DNA of 61,948 bases, filler included, from Rhabdomonas costata (taxonomy: Eukaryota), in NCBI GenBank assembly GCA_019059605.1. It is 20 parts of 20 records of this genome, joined end to end, with 100 filler letters (N's around TTAATTAATTAA, not from the genome) between each part and the next. Parts side by side here need not be neighbours in the genome. Positions count along the whole stretch, not along the records: positions 24,850 to 27,847 come from JAHMHO010001565.1; positions 27,948 to 30,953 come from JAHMHO010001566.1; positions 31,054 to 34,055 come from JAHMHO010001567.1; positions 34,156 to 37,156 come from JAHMHO010001568.1; positions 37,257 to 40,258 come from JAHMHO010001569.1; 15 more parts are not named here. The stretch is one strand, 5' to 3'. The first letter of the stretch is position 1. Each line of letters starts with the position of its first letter. Shown piece by piece: positions 24,893 through 38,702 of this stretch. A program made the translations under genes and the position numbers. A model generated the notes under the pieces. That model did no database searches and was not told the DNA's origin. It saw only the letters and a program-made list of their open reading frames with translations.

Positions 24893-27837
24893 CATCTGGA
24901 CTTACCAAAAGCAGTGCTTGTGTTGGATGGGGATGGGAAGAGGTTGTTCGGGCGTTTGCTCTTTTCTTTTCATTTTTGCGGTTCACCTTGATACTGTCGA
25001 AGTTCTACTCCATTGTCGCCACGCGGGGGGTAGTAATGATACACAGTGGAATGCACAGCCATCGTCGCTGGGGTGCATTCCGACAGACACCCGCACACAC
25101 ATAGATCGACGCAGAGGATGGCACACGGACACATCCACACACGGGATGATACACTCAGTTTGCCATGACAGAAGAATATCGAAGGCAGCTCCGTGTAGAG
25201 GGTTGAGCTTTGCTTAGTAACTTCTGAAGAACTGGTGGGAGCGCGTGATTGGATGTGGGAATGGGTGCGCTCGCCGGCAGGCGTTCCGTATTTTTCTGTC
25301 CCGTTGTTTTTGTTGCGCACCCTTACTCACGTGTACAAGCTCTTACCAGTACCGTCCGATTTCCTCAAGCGATGGTGCGCGTGTCACTTGATTACCCTCT
25401 GATTAGCCTCTAGTGCGTGGCTGACACTTGTACTTGTAATAGTCCTGTAAGCTGCTGCTGAAAACGTGCAGGCTGCCCCGCCCGCAAGCTTCCGCTACTG
25501 CCCAACTGCTCTCTCCGTGCACATTCGCCCTGTAGATATCGGTGCGCCTTCCATCCCAGGTATACGCAGTTCTTGATTTTCTTGACCCTCTGCCGTCTTG
25601 CCTAGGGAGGGGTCTGCCCCCGTCCCGCGTCTTCCCCTCTCACCCTCCCTCGCCCAATACAACAGTGGTGTGCTGCTATCTCACACCCAAGGTGTATATA
25701 CTTTACACAGTACGCCGTGCTGTGGCTGCAAACTCGCCATTGAGGCGAGCTGGCTCTTGCCAAAGTGGCATCCCGATAAGAAGCAGCAGCACTTGTGAGG
25801 GAAGGGAGGAGGGTTTTGGAGAAAGGTCCAACGGGCGGGGTTTTTGCCCTTATCACTTTCCCGTTTCTCCCGATACTTTTCACTTTTTTTACTGTCGCTG
25901 CAGTGTCCACGGCTACGTTTGACTTGAGATACATTGGGAGACACCGACATGCATACGGCACATGGCACACACACACAGACACACGGGCGCACATGTGAGT
26001 GCCACCGAAGAAGCTTGGCCTAGAGGACTGAGCTTTCGTAAATGTCTTGTATGCGCGTAGGGTGTGTGACTGACGTGTGGCGATGCAGCCGGAGGACCTT
26101 CTGTACGTTTCGGGCTGTCCGGGGTTCGTTTCTTGGACCCTATTTGAGGCGTGCTTTAGCTGACGCCTTGTTGCCTGTGAATACATGCATGCGACCGCTT
26201 CTTTTGTGTCTTTGTCGCTGGATGAGTCCGCGGCCAATTACATTGCTGCCCATCTCCCCCCCACCTCTCGATACTGAGCCTTTTTTGTGTGTTCAGTACG
26301 TTCCCATTGTGCGCGTTACCTTTCTCTGCAACATCGGAAGTTGGAGGAAAAGGGCAGTCGCCTGTTGCCGTGGTGCTGGCCAGCTGGAATTGTTTCCGAT
26401 GGCCACCGATGTTGCTTTCTGTATAGAGCCACCGCTTTGTACCCCAAAAATTTAGAATGGTAAAGATTGCGAAAATTATTAGATTTTCCGGCAACGCAAA
26501 TATTCCAACCTCACCTGGTGACTTGTTCCCTCGCGTTGCCGTGGTCCTTGAATTTTTTTTTTGGGGAAGTGCTGCTTCGAGACTTGAAACATCCAGGATG
26601 TCTCAGCCGCCGTCTATGTCTATGTATGTGTCTGACGTTATGTGTCACAGCATTTTCGCAAGGAGAATCCACTGGAACCACCTGAAAATGCAACGGTGTG
26701 GAGCACGTTCCCTTTTTACGCGGGATAATAATCCCGGAAAGGGCGAAAATCGGAAGCAAATGAGCCACTGTTGTGTGCTGTTAGGAGCCGTGCCCGTGAA
26801 CTTTTCTTCTGGGAGCTAAGACAAGCATTTTTTTGAAATGCGGAGATTTCTCAAAAATCATCTAAAATCGAAAAAAATTGACCTGCTTGCCGGAACGCCT
26901 CCCTTTTGCGCCAGTTCACCAGCGAAACACCCTTGGCCCTTGCACGAAACTTTTCTATATTTGCCTCGCACCCCTTTCTCACTGCTTCAAATGACTGACC
27001 GTCGCCCACACACCGGGAACTACACCAGGGCTCGCCCCGCCGCTCTGCAGCTGGCTCGTTCAGATAGTGCCAGGCCGATGAACACGGGGGACCGCTGTCT
27101 GGAAGTCCAGAAAGATCCTGCGCCCTCCACCCAGAAGCGTCTGCCGGAGCTCCTGGCGTGTCTGCCGTCCATTTCCTCCTTTCCCGACACCACGGCGCTG
27201 CCCCTTATGCCGATCTACGTCACGGAGGTTCCCCGAAAGCAGCAGCCGCAGCCGCAGCCGCAGCCGGAGTGTCGCTCCAGCGCGAAGCACAGCCCGACAA
27301 GGCTGTTGCAGGCGCTGCTGTGGGCATTCCCAGGGGTAGGATGGTGTGGAGGGCTGGATCGGTTTCGGGGAAGCTGCAGCGCGCTGTGGCGCAGCCTTTC
27401 CCCGAAAAACACGGAGCGTGGAACGTGCCTCTAACCGCTGTAAGCCTTTTTCTGATGCTTGCGGTTAGGACTTCATTTTTGGCTCAATCTTTCTCTCGGG
27501 AAGGTTTGGCTACGCGGAAGTATCATATTTCGCGAGGATCCAGTCCACGGATCGGTCGATGTCCCCGCTCCTCTTTCCTAGTGGTCTTTCTAGTTTCTTG
27601 TTGAAGGTGTAGTTTTGTTCGGGGTTTGCGAGTGTTTTAGGAGATTCTTTTATCTCCTGTTTCTCAAGCACAAGCATTTCCACCTCCCTTGTGTGTTTTA
27701 CCGTGTTCTTCCCTCCCTTGCGCTTCCCAACCCAAAGGTCGTATATACGTTTTCCTGGTTGCTCATCTTGTATGAAGGGGGTTGCTGATGATCGGGTCTG
27801 TGCCATCTGGACTTACCAAAAGCATTGCTTGTGTTGG
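24893..27837. repeat. 34-nt direct repeat at both ends of the contig (24893-24926 and 27804-27837)
   Basis: CATCTGGACTTACCAAAAGCA(G/T)TGCTTGTGTTGG, one mismatch, 2911 nt apart. Confidence 0.9.
26991..27434 (+). CDS. Intronless hypothetical ORF, 147 aa, with a QP microsatellite
   Basis: GC-rich open frame from an ATG that follows a pyrimidine tract. (CAGCCG)n at ~27240-27266. No family recognised. Confidence 0.45.
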   Translation: MTDRRPHTGNYTRARPAALQLARSDSARPMNTGDRCLEVQKDPAPSTQKRLPELLACLPSISSFPDTTALPLMPIYVTEVPRKQQPQPQPQPECRSSAKHSPTRLLQALLWAFPGVGWCGGLDRFRGSCSALWRSLSPKNTERGTCL

Positions 27838-30162
27838 GGGGTCGGTANNNNNNNNNNNNNNNNNNNNNNNNNNNNNNNNNNNNNNNNNNNNTTAATTAAT
27901 TAANNNNNNNNNNNNNNNNNNNNNNNNNNNNNNNNNNNNNNNNNNNNCAGAGAAAGTGTTTGTGGATATATTTGATTGCGTGGGGCATCCGCGCTGAGAT
28001 TATGCAATACACGAATTTGTCAATAATAGCCGAAATTAAATGAGATTGGTAATGGTTATGATGTTTCTCAGTCAGCGGATGCCCGAGGTTGGGCACAATA
28101 CAGGGACTGAAGTTGAAGAGGACGCAATTTCACGTCAGACGTCAGAACTGTTTACGCTTTCATTTCAATCGAGTCCAGCTGCCAAACGGGTCCGCATTTG
28201 TGCAGCGTTACAAACTGGAGATGGTTTTAAGGGTGTTGACAAGGTCCACTTTTACGAGCATATCGTTGTGTGAAACGGAGGTCCCGCACCACCAGGTGTA
28301 CGTCCCTTTTTGCCGTGTCCGTCAAATGGTGGAGTTTGTTTGCGTGCGTCTGCGGGCGGGCGTGTCCAAGGATGATTATTTGTCATTAAGAATCTGGGCT
28401 ACGCATGGTCCCCGTCACCTTTTTTTTCACGGACTGGCCCTGGCATTGGTTGCCTGCCCTGGGTGTTTTGATCGTATGGCAGCTCTTCGGGACACATGGC
28501 GACAATAATACTGGAAGCACAAAAATGCGCAGCAACAGAACAGTGTCCGCGCTAGTTTCCCGATAATTCCAATTCTTCTGTTACGCTTTGAATTAAAAAC
28601 ACATTTGCAAAAATGGCAGCGCAAATCTGTGTCCCTCGGGAAGTTAGCGTAACGCATCGAGGAACGATAAACGACAGCTGTGCCGAATTGGATCGCTTCT
28701 ACCACTACTACTAGCCTTCCTTGTCGGTGAAGCTTTTTGCACGAATTCGGGCCCAGAGAAGCAGCCAAAATCACAGCACAGAATTAATGACTTGAAATGA
28801 CGTGAAATAATCCCGATTTCTGAGTTGGTGGTTCCGTTGCGGTAGCCGAAAGAAACAAAATTTTTGCTGGAATATTACAGCAGATTCTCAGATTTAATCG
28901 AATGTTTGTAAGATTATCAAGAGCAAACAATAATCAGAGGGGACCCTCCCAAAAACAGGAAGAAGAAACCCGTTTCGAAAGTAACAATAACAACGATGTA
29001 ATCTGTGGCACACAACTGCGGTGCAAAAACGAGCAAAAGACAATGAACACAAGCGATATAACCAAATACATATTTATAAACACATATTTATAAATACACG
29101 CCAACACACCACAACGACAGATCATCTCTGCACACAATCAAGGAGTCGTGGAGAAAATAGCACAAACAAAACCTCCTTTTCATAGCAATCTCTATCTTAT
29201 GCTGACGGATCAGCAGCAGCCAGCGCCAATGATTCCAACAACTGAAGACATATCCTACTCAAAGGAATATCTTCCTGTGTGGAAGCGAGCAGTCAAGCAG
29301 CCTTTAGAAGAAAGCAGTACCAGATTGGTCCGCCTGCGATGCCCATTTTGAATAATGGAGGGACACCTTGGAAAAAGGGGCCTTTACCCTGTGGATCAGC
29401 AGGTAGGCATTCAGGTTTGCCACCTTGATCGGGATCTTGTTTTTCACGAATGCTGCCATTGCTGTAATTGCTTCAGCCATACGCCGATCTATTCCATTGT
29501 CTGGTGAGAACGGTTGTGGGCTTTCAGCCGTTCACCCGCGCCCAATTGCATGTACCATTAATCCCTACAACACCTATAATATCATCTGGAATGGGCTGCT
29601 TTCGATTCCACTTACTTCTCAGCAAAAAACAAGGTCTTCCTGATAGCCGCCCCGAAAAAGAAACTGTCAGCGGGCACACCGAGTCTCGCGTGGAACGTGC
29701 TTGGATGGCTCGAAGGTGATAATCAATCACAGCACAAAGCAAGGGCGAGGGATTCAGCAAAAGTGTTGGGGCAGCTTGTGGCAGAAAGCGGTTGGCGAGA
29801 CTGTCGAATTCATTACCCTATGGCAAAAAAGGAAGCGGCCAGTGGGTACCTTCTAAACACCATACATACCACCCATCTGGTGCAAGCTTTTGTGGGTTTG
29901 CCTTGCAGTTGTTAAAACTGGTCAAAGCATGCTTGGTGAGCATTTCATGGGTGGCTGAAATGGAAGTGGCACATGGCGATACCAAACAAAATCAATTCCA
30001 GCTGTCTTTCCCCTCTCTTCCCAGTGCCAGTAGGGCTTGTTGGAGTTGTCAAAACCTGCACCCTATACTGATCACAGGGAAAAGGGTGCCTTTGGGAATG
30101 GTGCACTTTCGCCATTCTACCACCACCGGCCCCGAAAACTACGCTTCGTCAGATTATCACTC

Positions 30163-30792
30163 CTAAGAGCACCCACATACAGCTACCTCGGGAAACGGCA
30201 TGGGGCAAGAGTAGGCCTTGGAACAAGCCACCTGGTTCACTCTCATGCGGGGCCCATCCCACTCAAACGGAGATCCTTGCAGCTGATCTGAGTTGACCTC
30301 ACTCAGACTGAAATGGACTCCCATGGCAGGTTCTACACCTTCAGACGGGGGCAGTGCTATGGCACGAGGCGTGGCCATGTCCTCCACCTCCCCATCTTTG
30401 GGCGAAGACGTCCATCGGGAGCCTACCCCAAGGACGGGCTGGGTGCACCCCTCACTCATTCACCAACGTGTTCACAATCCCAGAAAAAGTCAACCCCTTC
30501 TGTCTGCCACCCTGGAAAACGCTGCGAAGTGACAAACAAGCAGAGTAAAAAAAGAAAGATGGAGAGGATATGCAGCAGATGGCGATACTGAGCAGGCCGC
30601 CGGACAAACGATGCTGGGGCGCGAGCACGACCGCGCAGTCCACCACTTCTGCTGAACTGACCTTTATCCACACCGCGGTGAGCAATTTCTGACTGCGGAA
30701 TGGGACGCGGAAAAAAACGCCTAACGTGCTCTCCTGGAGCACCTCTGTTTTGTCTTCGGGTTGGAGCGGGTGCCTGGATTCGCCATCGCAGG
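30163..30792 (-). CDS. Hypothetical protein, 3' exons
   Basis: GC-rich open segments after AG acceptors (…QKLLTAVWIKVSSAEVVDCAVVL…; …GCTQPVLG…CGCS*). Exact joins are uncertain. Confidence 0.3.
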
Positions 30793-33063
30793 CTGATTGC
30801 AAAGGAAGCGTGCGTGTGCCCTGGAATCCCTAAATAAGAACCAGCAAGTGAAACAACCACATCTGCAGCAACGACAAAGCCAACACATCACCGGGCGTCC
30901 ATAAGTTTCAGCACCTATTCTCACCCACCGCCCTCTTTGCCACAACCCCCCCCNNNNNNNNNNNNNNNNNNNNNNNNNNNNNNNNNNNNNNNNNNNNTTA
31001 ATTAATTAANNNNNNNNNNNNNNNNNNNNNNNNNNNNNNNNNNNNNNNNNNNNGGGGGTGGTTGTGGAGACGAAACCCCGGGTTGCATGAATTTGCTAAA
31101 GTTCCCCGCAGGAAGGGGTTTTTCGCCGTATTTTCTTCCTACTTCTTGGTTTGAGAAGGTATTGCATACGTTTGTGGTTTTGTGGCTTTTGCATTGTCTA
31201 GGGACTTTTGCACAGGTGTACAGCACTTGTGGAGTGAAGTCATGGAGCACCGGACTCGGTGCACGTCTAATTCAGTGAGGATTTGCTGTGTCTTCCCGAC
31301 CAGTGTGCTGTGAGTGTGTGCGCGTGCCTTGCGCAAACAGTGTGGGCACCCAAAAGCACAGAGTGCCTTTGCGTGCTTGCGCGTGCTCAAGAGTTCGTGG
31401 AATTGTGTGCACCGGAAAGTGCCGGTGCGTCAAAGGTCAGTGAGCTTGACATGTTTCAGGATTGTGAATTCAGCAGGAAGCGATTTGATATCAAGACGAA
31501 GAGCTCAAGTCTTCGTCAGAAGCCGTTGGATTCTTGCATAGTGTGCTCGTTACATTGCCTTCTCAGCACTGACCACACTGTGTGTCGCTGCGAGATGCTT
31601 GAAAAACTATTGTGGGGTGGTGGGGTACATTTCGCTTTGCGCAGCCGCATTGCATTGGCTCAATGCAGAGATCACCCGGTTTCATACTTGACCCATACTG
31701 CCCCAACCGCTTGTGTGCCAGTGTGGGTCGACCTCAATCTTGTGTCATGGGCTTGGCTGTGCCCCTCGTTCCGCACCCTGCCGTTGGGTGTTTCATCCCC
31801 CCCGTCATCTCTCATCGTGATGAACAATGTGAATGTGCTCGCTTCCCATCGTTCGTGCATTTTGTACTTCATCATTTTCCTCCTCGCCCTCCCGTCCGAT
31901 GATGGTGACCATAGCGGGGAAGGAAGCCTTTTGTGTGGATAATTGTTGGGCCGGGTCTCCTCAATTAATCGAGGACTTTTGGTTGCTTCTTTCTCTCTCT
32001 TGTGGTGCGGAGGAAGTCGTGAGGCCCGATGATTGCGATTCTGAGAACTTCGTACTCTTGCGCCCGCACTCTCTCGGCACAAGTTCCATGGTTGTGTGTG
32101 GTTGCTTGTCTGACTTTGATCACACAGTGTGCGAACCACTTTGGCTTACTTGTATGCTCCACGACTCGGTCTTGGTTCCCTTCACTTGCTGCTGGGAAAC
32201 TTTCGCACCTCTTTTTTGCCGGCCAGTGCTGTGCGCTCTTCACGTCTTTGGCGCGCGAGGGACAGAAAGGGCTCATAGAAAGCATTATTGTTGAGCAGGG
32301 CCCTCCCTGCGCAGCGCCTGTGATCGGGCGATATTCCAGTGCGTGTGCTCTTGGTAGATGGGTCCCAGTGTATGTGCGAAGGAGCGTTGGAGCCAATCCG
32401 TTCCGTATTTTTTTAGAATGAAGAATTTAATTCCTGCATCTGATGGATGTGTGAGATTCGACATACAAGGGCAGGGTTTTGGTCAAATCGGTGCGCAGTT
32501 CCACCTTGCCCTGCTCAATCGCCTTGAGGTTTATTAATTGAAATTGCCGTGCACACATAATTTTGGCCGTCTTACTTTGTTGTGTCACGCATCTTGTCAA
32601 AACTGAGAACTCATTCAGTTTTTTTTTTTGAGGAAAAGAGTCTCTTTTTGAGCTGTTGAACAGCAAGGAATTGTCCTCGTTTTTATATCAATTTTTACTC
32701 AATAAATCGTAAACTTTAGTGTACAACGAGCAAAATTTTCACTTTTGAGGTGACCCAAGCAATATGATTCACAGTGTCTAAGGATTGGAGTGGGGGTGGG
32801 ATTCAAATATAAAAATATTAAACCCAAATCATCTTCTCCCTTTCTCTCCTCCCCCATTAGATTTTTGTGGTTCTCGTCGCTACCGCAGCTGGTGCTGTTG
32901 TTTGCTTACAAAACAAATGTATACAATAAAACGTTCTGACATGACATGACGTGATGACATCGTCTTATGAAGTCAGTAATCCCTCCGGGTCTCCCAGCCA
33001 CAGGCGGGATCCGATGCGATCACCAAAACCAAGTGATGAAGAGAATCTCGGTTCATTCCACTT

Positions 33064-33526
33064 CAGTCCGGCAGCCGGAGCTTTCCGGCGACGATTTGCA
33101 GCAGGGTGGTGAATTCGGTCGAGGCAGGGTTGATGTGGTGCACGCTCCTCGAGGACCGCTCTGAAAAGAAATCCCCGCATATCACACCATTCAGTCAGTC
33201 TGCACGGCTGCAAGCCTCAAATGACCCAAATCACCTCAACACATAGTGGTGGAGTTAGGTTACTTAAATCATGGAAACACACAAACAGCGGCAAGGTTCA
33301 CGTGGGCCACCACGTCAGTAGACCTCATAGGGATACGGGACAAAGCATGCGCAGACCATCAATTTGAAGGGAAAACGTGAAGGAGTCTGGCCGCGAGAAA
33401 ACGATGTCCGTCACAGAGGTCAGGTCAAATGAAATCAAATGATGATATGGGATGGCCGCAGAAACGCAGGAAATCAGCTTCGCACGGAACCACACCTGGA
33501 ATCGACTTGCGGAGGTTGTAGTAGCA
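33064..33526 (-). CDS. Hypothetical protein, short terminal exons
   Basis: A possible join gives CYYNLRKSIP-DSFTFSLQID-ERSSRSVHHINPASTEFTTLLQIVAGKLRLPD* using GT-AG sites. Confidence 0.3.
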
Positions 33527-34714
33527 CTCATGATCGCAGATGACGACAAAAAACACCCCCTGAAAGCATCACCCACGACTTCTTGCGTTTTTCTGCAAAC
33601 GCCACACTGCTTCGGACTTGATGCCAAGTTGGAGTGGGGCTGATGATCGAAGCAAGGCGGGCTGTGGTCCAACACAACGGGCACTACTATTGGGCCTTCG
33701 GGGCGAAATCTGAGTCTAAAATCTTGACCAGGGAAATTCGAATGCGGTGTGCAGTCAAGACAGGATGTGAATGCAGTGGTTCCAACTCCAGGCTCCGGGA
33801 TAGACGCCCATTACGAATTCACCGGTGACCGTGTATTTGGTTGTGTCAACGATAGCGATGACTGCTTAGGATGCACGGGATGGCTCATCTCTTCACAGGC
33901 ATCACGCAGTACGAATCAGCTGGGCATTCATCTCATCATCATTCACCTGGGCATTCATCGCGTTTGTGAAGGATTTTTCACAGTACGGTCCCTGTTGCGC
34001 TGAGCAAGTGAGAGATCCACCCGAAACACAAAACACACAGAAATCATAAACACACNNNNNNNNNNNNNNNNNNNNNNNNNNNNNNNNNNNNNNNNNNNNT
34101 TAATTAATTAANNNNNNNNNNNNNNNNNNNNNNNNNNNNNNNNNNNNNNNNNNNNTGTGTTGGGTGTGTTGGGTGATTTCGGCAAAAAAGAATTATCTTC
34201 GAAAATTCTTCAGAGATTTTCGAGATGTAAAGCTTTGAAGGGAAAGGCAGCCATGGGCAATATCCGGAATCTCAAGAACGGACATGCACTGGGACCCGCC
34301 TTCAAAAAGGGAGTACTTAGCAGTGTTGCACTTGGCTGCTCCACATTACGGTTCCCAGCGGATTTTCCGCGATCGGCTGCGTTTAAACCCCTATCTGGTG
34401 GTGAATTCACATTAACCGCAAGACATAGTGACCCAGCCCATCTGCACAACAGAAGTCCAAATCACATCCAAATTCCACGTCTTTCTTCCTGTATTTCACT
34501 TTCGAAGTCGGAAAAGGTTGCGTGAAAATCTTTTCAAGAATTAAGCGCCCAATATGTCAGAAAAAACCCTCCACCCCAACAAGCCTACGACGTGGAATGG
34601 CAAAAATTGCTCACATTTGTCCCCACTTTAAGAAAAGTAGTTCACAATCTTCCGAATCGCGCTCTTAGACCTCAAAGGGGGGTGACAGGTGGAGAGTGCC
34701 CTAACTCTCCCTCT

Positions 34715-36981
34715 TTAACTTCTGAGGGAGCACAGACAATGTGTTTGCACGATTCTCACCACTGATCGACTGACCGGTTGAGTTGAGCCAAAGCAACCGT
34801 AATAGCACCGCCGCCAAAGCAGCAAAGCAGAAGTAATGGAGTACGGCTCACCCGTACCATACAATGAAGTGCCCACGTGCTCGTTCATCACCGTACCCCT
34901 TCCCCTTTTGTCCTCGACGTTCTCCCTGCCCTCCGCGACTTCCAATCTGTCTGGGCACAGCCGACGCGAAGCAAAAAGAGGAAAGATAAGAAAAGAAAAG
35001 AAAAAAAGAAGTGTACTCACGAATGAAAGAGAGAGACTGCAGATATATGGTCTGGAGGGGCTTCCCCAACACGAATCCCAGCCCCCTCCAAATGACTACC
35101 CCAAGGCCTCCCATTTCCTTCACGGCTGCCTTGCCTCTTTCGGGCCCAAATCCAAGCCCTGGGGGGTCATTCTGGAGGGTACCTCGTGGCTCACCCGAGG
35201 GGCACGGCGGGGCAACTTGCCTTCCACGGCTTCCCCAGCAGCAGCAACCGTCCTTCCCGCCGGCTGGCTGGCTAGTTTCACTGGAGCAACCGGAGGGCTG
35301 CCGTTCGCAGGCGTTGCCCTGCGGAGAGGAATCATTACCCAAAAGGGGCAACATCAAGATATGGGCGACCCGGGCATCGCCAATCCGTAACTTCGACGCC
35401 ATTTGAATGGCTGCCCTGTAGAAATCCGAGCATCGCGGCCCCACGGCCTGGGCTGCCCATTTGTCTGTTTTGACAGTTTGGTGTGGAAACAAAGGCGGTC
35501 AGCAAACAGCTTTTTTGTTGGGGGAGGGGGAGCGCTGGCTCCGTAGAAACAGAGGCAACTCGCAGTTATATCACACAAACAAGAGTGTCCACACACGCGC
35601 ATACACCCACCCACAGAAATTAACACGGAGCTGATTACATTATTCATGAAAATGAGATAAAGGCTTGTAGGAGGAACGGGAACAGCACTCAAACTCCGCC
35701 AACGATTTGGTTCTTGTTCTGGCATTCTGCCAGCGTCAAAGGCTGCTCGTTTGAGGTGTGTGCAACTCTCACGCCATAGCACCGGAATTTCAAAGACCAC
35801 CATCACAGGACTGGCAACACATTAGACAACCAACGACTGACAACTTCTTTCCTTTTTTCGTGAGCGTAAAAACCCAGACCAAGCGGAGGAGCATACCCCT
35901 GAGACTGGAGTGACTGGACCTCCTCCTGGGCCTTCCTCAGGATCTCGTTGGCCTTCTGCTCACCCGCCTGCACAATCTGCTGCGCCCTGCGCTCGCCCTC
36001 GGCGATGATCTGCTTGGCCTTCAGGCGGGCCTCTGCCTCCTCGGCTTCACTGTCTTGCGACGGGCCTGCAGGGTTCGGGTAGTTACAATCACACACCGTG
36101 AAAAACAACAACAGTAGCGTCAGGTTCACGGCAGCTTCAAAGCAGGAGTTCAACGAGAAAGCAGCCAAATGCTGTTCGCCGAAAGGGTCCGTGTGGAATG
36201 TGACATAAAAAAGGAAGAACAAGCATCTGCGGAGTGTTGTTGGACAAATTGCCAGCACTTGGCAGCAAGCGGACCTTGCGTTTGGGGTGCAACTGTGGGG
36301 TCCTCCCCCGAAACGGCCGCCACAGTGGGCTTCGTCGAAGAGGCTCCATTTTGGCTTTGCTTCACAGTCCATGGCGCAAACACCGCCTTCAGTACGGCCT
36401 TGACCTTAGCCCATGGGGTGGAGGAGCGGACATAACTGGGGGCGGTCGCGGCGTCCGCGGCGGAGGGTGAGACTTCACGAAGGCTCTTATCCTGAGGATC
36501 AGAAAAGCCGCGCCCGCATTTGCCAAATACAGCAACCAGATAGCAGAATCGGCTTTTGCATAGTCATCTCCCCCGTGTCACGAAATGCAGGCTGCATTCT
36601 TTTGGTGTTGCACTCTCGTACCGATCCTGACTTCGCCGAGGGATCAAAGAACTACACATGAATACACAGGCCTCCTTGATGCCACTGTTCCAGTGGATCT
36701 TTTTCCACCTCAGCTTTGACAGAATAGTCAGCAAAGCGAGCTAGGGAAGCCGTTCAAGGATCTTTCCAAGGCAGCCTACAGATGGGAATCGTATCTCAAG
36801 TGGATGAAGCGCAGACCGTGGCGGTGTGGTGGTGGCCGTGGCGAGATGCACTGCTGCGAGTCTCTGAAGACTCGGCCGAGGTACGAGTACGACGGTGGGC
36901 CGCGCGGTTCTCCTTGCGCGCTCTCTTCAAGGCGGGATCCTCCAACATCTTCATGGTTCCAATGCTAAGCTTCGAAGACTG
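34715..36981 (-). CDS. Hypothetical protein with a coiled-coil segment, 5'-partial, about 5 exons
   Basis: Exons 36981-36817, ~36494-36274, ~36066-35898 (EAEARLKAKQIIAEGERRAQQIVQAGEQKANEILRKAQEE) join in frame. The exons at ~35450-35021 and ~34761-34715 have less certain boundaries. Confidence 0.55.
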
Positions 36982-37256
36982 CTGAGATACGGCAAGTGGA
37001 GGGAATGCGGTTAAGTCCAAGTTTACAGTCTGGTGTCACAGAAAGCGGACCGAACTTAAAAACGCGATAAAGTAATGCAAGCAAAAAGGCTAGCAAAAAC
37101 CCAGGATGAAGGATGCACTTATCAGGGGAGGATCCTAGGCTTCAACACCCAAACCCNNNNNNNNNNNNNNNNNNNNNNNNNNNNNNNNNNNNNNNNNNNN
37201 TTAATTAATTAANNNNNNNNNNNNNNNNNNNNNNNNNNNNNNNNNNNNNNNNNNNN

Positions 37257-38702
37257 GTTTTTGGTGAAGCACAAGGCAGATGTGGGTCAGGGATTCGTTG
37301 AGGGGCCCAGCGGGAAGGTTGGCGACTGCCCACTCTTTGTGTGCAGTCGACTGGGCCACGCTGAGGTTGTGGGGACCCTGACGCGAGGGCTGTCCAGTGA
37401 GAAATGCAGCTCTCTGGGGTCGGAAGCTCTTGTGCAGTGCATGAGAGGTTGAGTCATGATGATGTTCGTTGTTTTGCAATTTGCGCCGAAGAGATCAGAT
37501 CCATTAGTCTGGTTTTGTGTTAGGGCTATTGGAGTGGGAGTAGTTTTTGGCTCCCAGTTCGAAATGTACGTAAGGTGGGAGCTCCCTTCCCGTTCGGTGA
37601 CTGCTCCATGTGTAAACCGGGGGATATGGGTTCGCCCTATAGCGTTGTGGAACATCTCCATCTCGAAATTGGCATCACACTATTCTTCGTTACATTGAAA
37701 CAAGAACATGGCATCATGCATCACGGGATTGAGTGTGGAGGGCTGGGAATGGGGTAAAGGGGGGGAAGCCGGAAAGGTGAACAAATCCAGTTTCCCGTCG
37801 CAATGCGAGGAGCATAGGTTTGAAACGAGTACCCTTCAATGTCTGCGTTCCTTTTTCGTGCCTTCGAAACTGCGTTATCGCAGTTCTGCAATTATTCTTT
37901 CAGGGGCTGGTAGTGTGAGATCAGTGGCCATAGAGGAGGATGCACGTCGGCGTGGCCGAGGAATTTGTCACGTTTGCCGCCGAAACGGCACGGCGCACAG
38001 CAACGGTGAGGATGACTATGATGTCTGTGAGGGATGCTATCAGAAGGGCTTCCTCACCTACGCCGTGTTGCCCAAGAGTGGTGAGCAGTACCCGCTTTAC
38101 TTCTTTTGCTTCCCCACGTACTGCATTCTATCAACTTTTTTGCCTGTCTCTTGCGCCCCTTATTTTTTTTTCATGGTTTCTCACATGTCGCTTCATGTCA
38201 CTTCTGGTATCTGCATTTTTCCCACGTGCGTTTTTAAAGCTTCTCTGAAGCACATTGTGTGGGTGAATTTCAAAGTCGCAGTCAGCGGTTCTGTGTTTGC
38301 GCACGCGCACTTTCTCAGCTGTTTGCTATGGTTATTTTGCCTGTCCCAGAGAGCTGAAGTGAAACTACTGGAGAGTGGGAGAGGTTCTGTGTGCACCATT
38401 CCTGACACAACGTCCCGTACCATTCCAGCCCTTCTGCTCTTACGTTTTGCTCATGATTTGTAGGCGCCATGATTCCACGCTGCTGCAGCGACCACGACAA
38501 CTCCGCGGCGCTGGCCGCGCTGCTGCCTACTCTTCCTTGTTCTTCGAACCGCAGCGCAGCCGTCCACGAAGGCACCGCGCTGGGCCTACCTCACTTAACC
38601 TCTGTGCTGCTGCCACTGCTGGGGTTCTTGGGAGACGAGAGGTTCGAAGATGGCGGCCAACCTCAGTCCTCCGCCTCAGCATCGGAGCAGCAGCGACAAT
38701 GA
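37257..38702 (+). CDS. Ankyrin-repeat protein with a ZZ-like zinc finger, 5'-partial. Exons <37257-37447, 37904-38080, 38464-38702
   Basis: LVKHKADV...GDCPLFVCSRLGHAEVV is ankyrin-like. CHVC...DDYDVCEGCY is ZZ-like. Joins are in frame and end at TGA 38702. Confidence 0.65.

Noticed and set aside
29150-30150. Possible decayed hAT transposase on the minus strand
   Set aside because: Only a vague resemblance; no catalytic or dimerisation motif could be identified.
30693-30725. Possible 33-nt GT-AG micro-intron
   Set aside because: It is in frame and stop-free, so it cannot be distinguished from coding sequence without transcripts.
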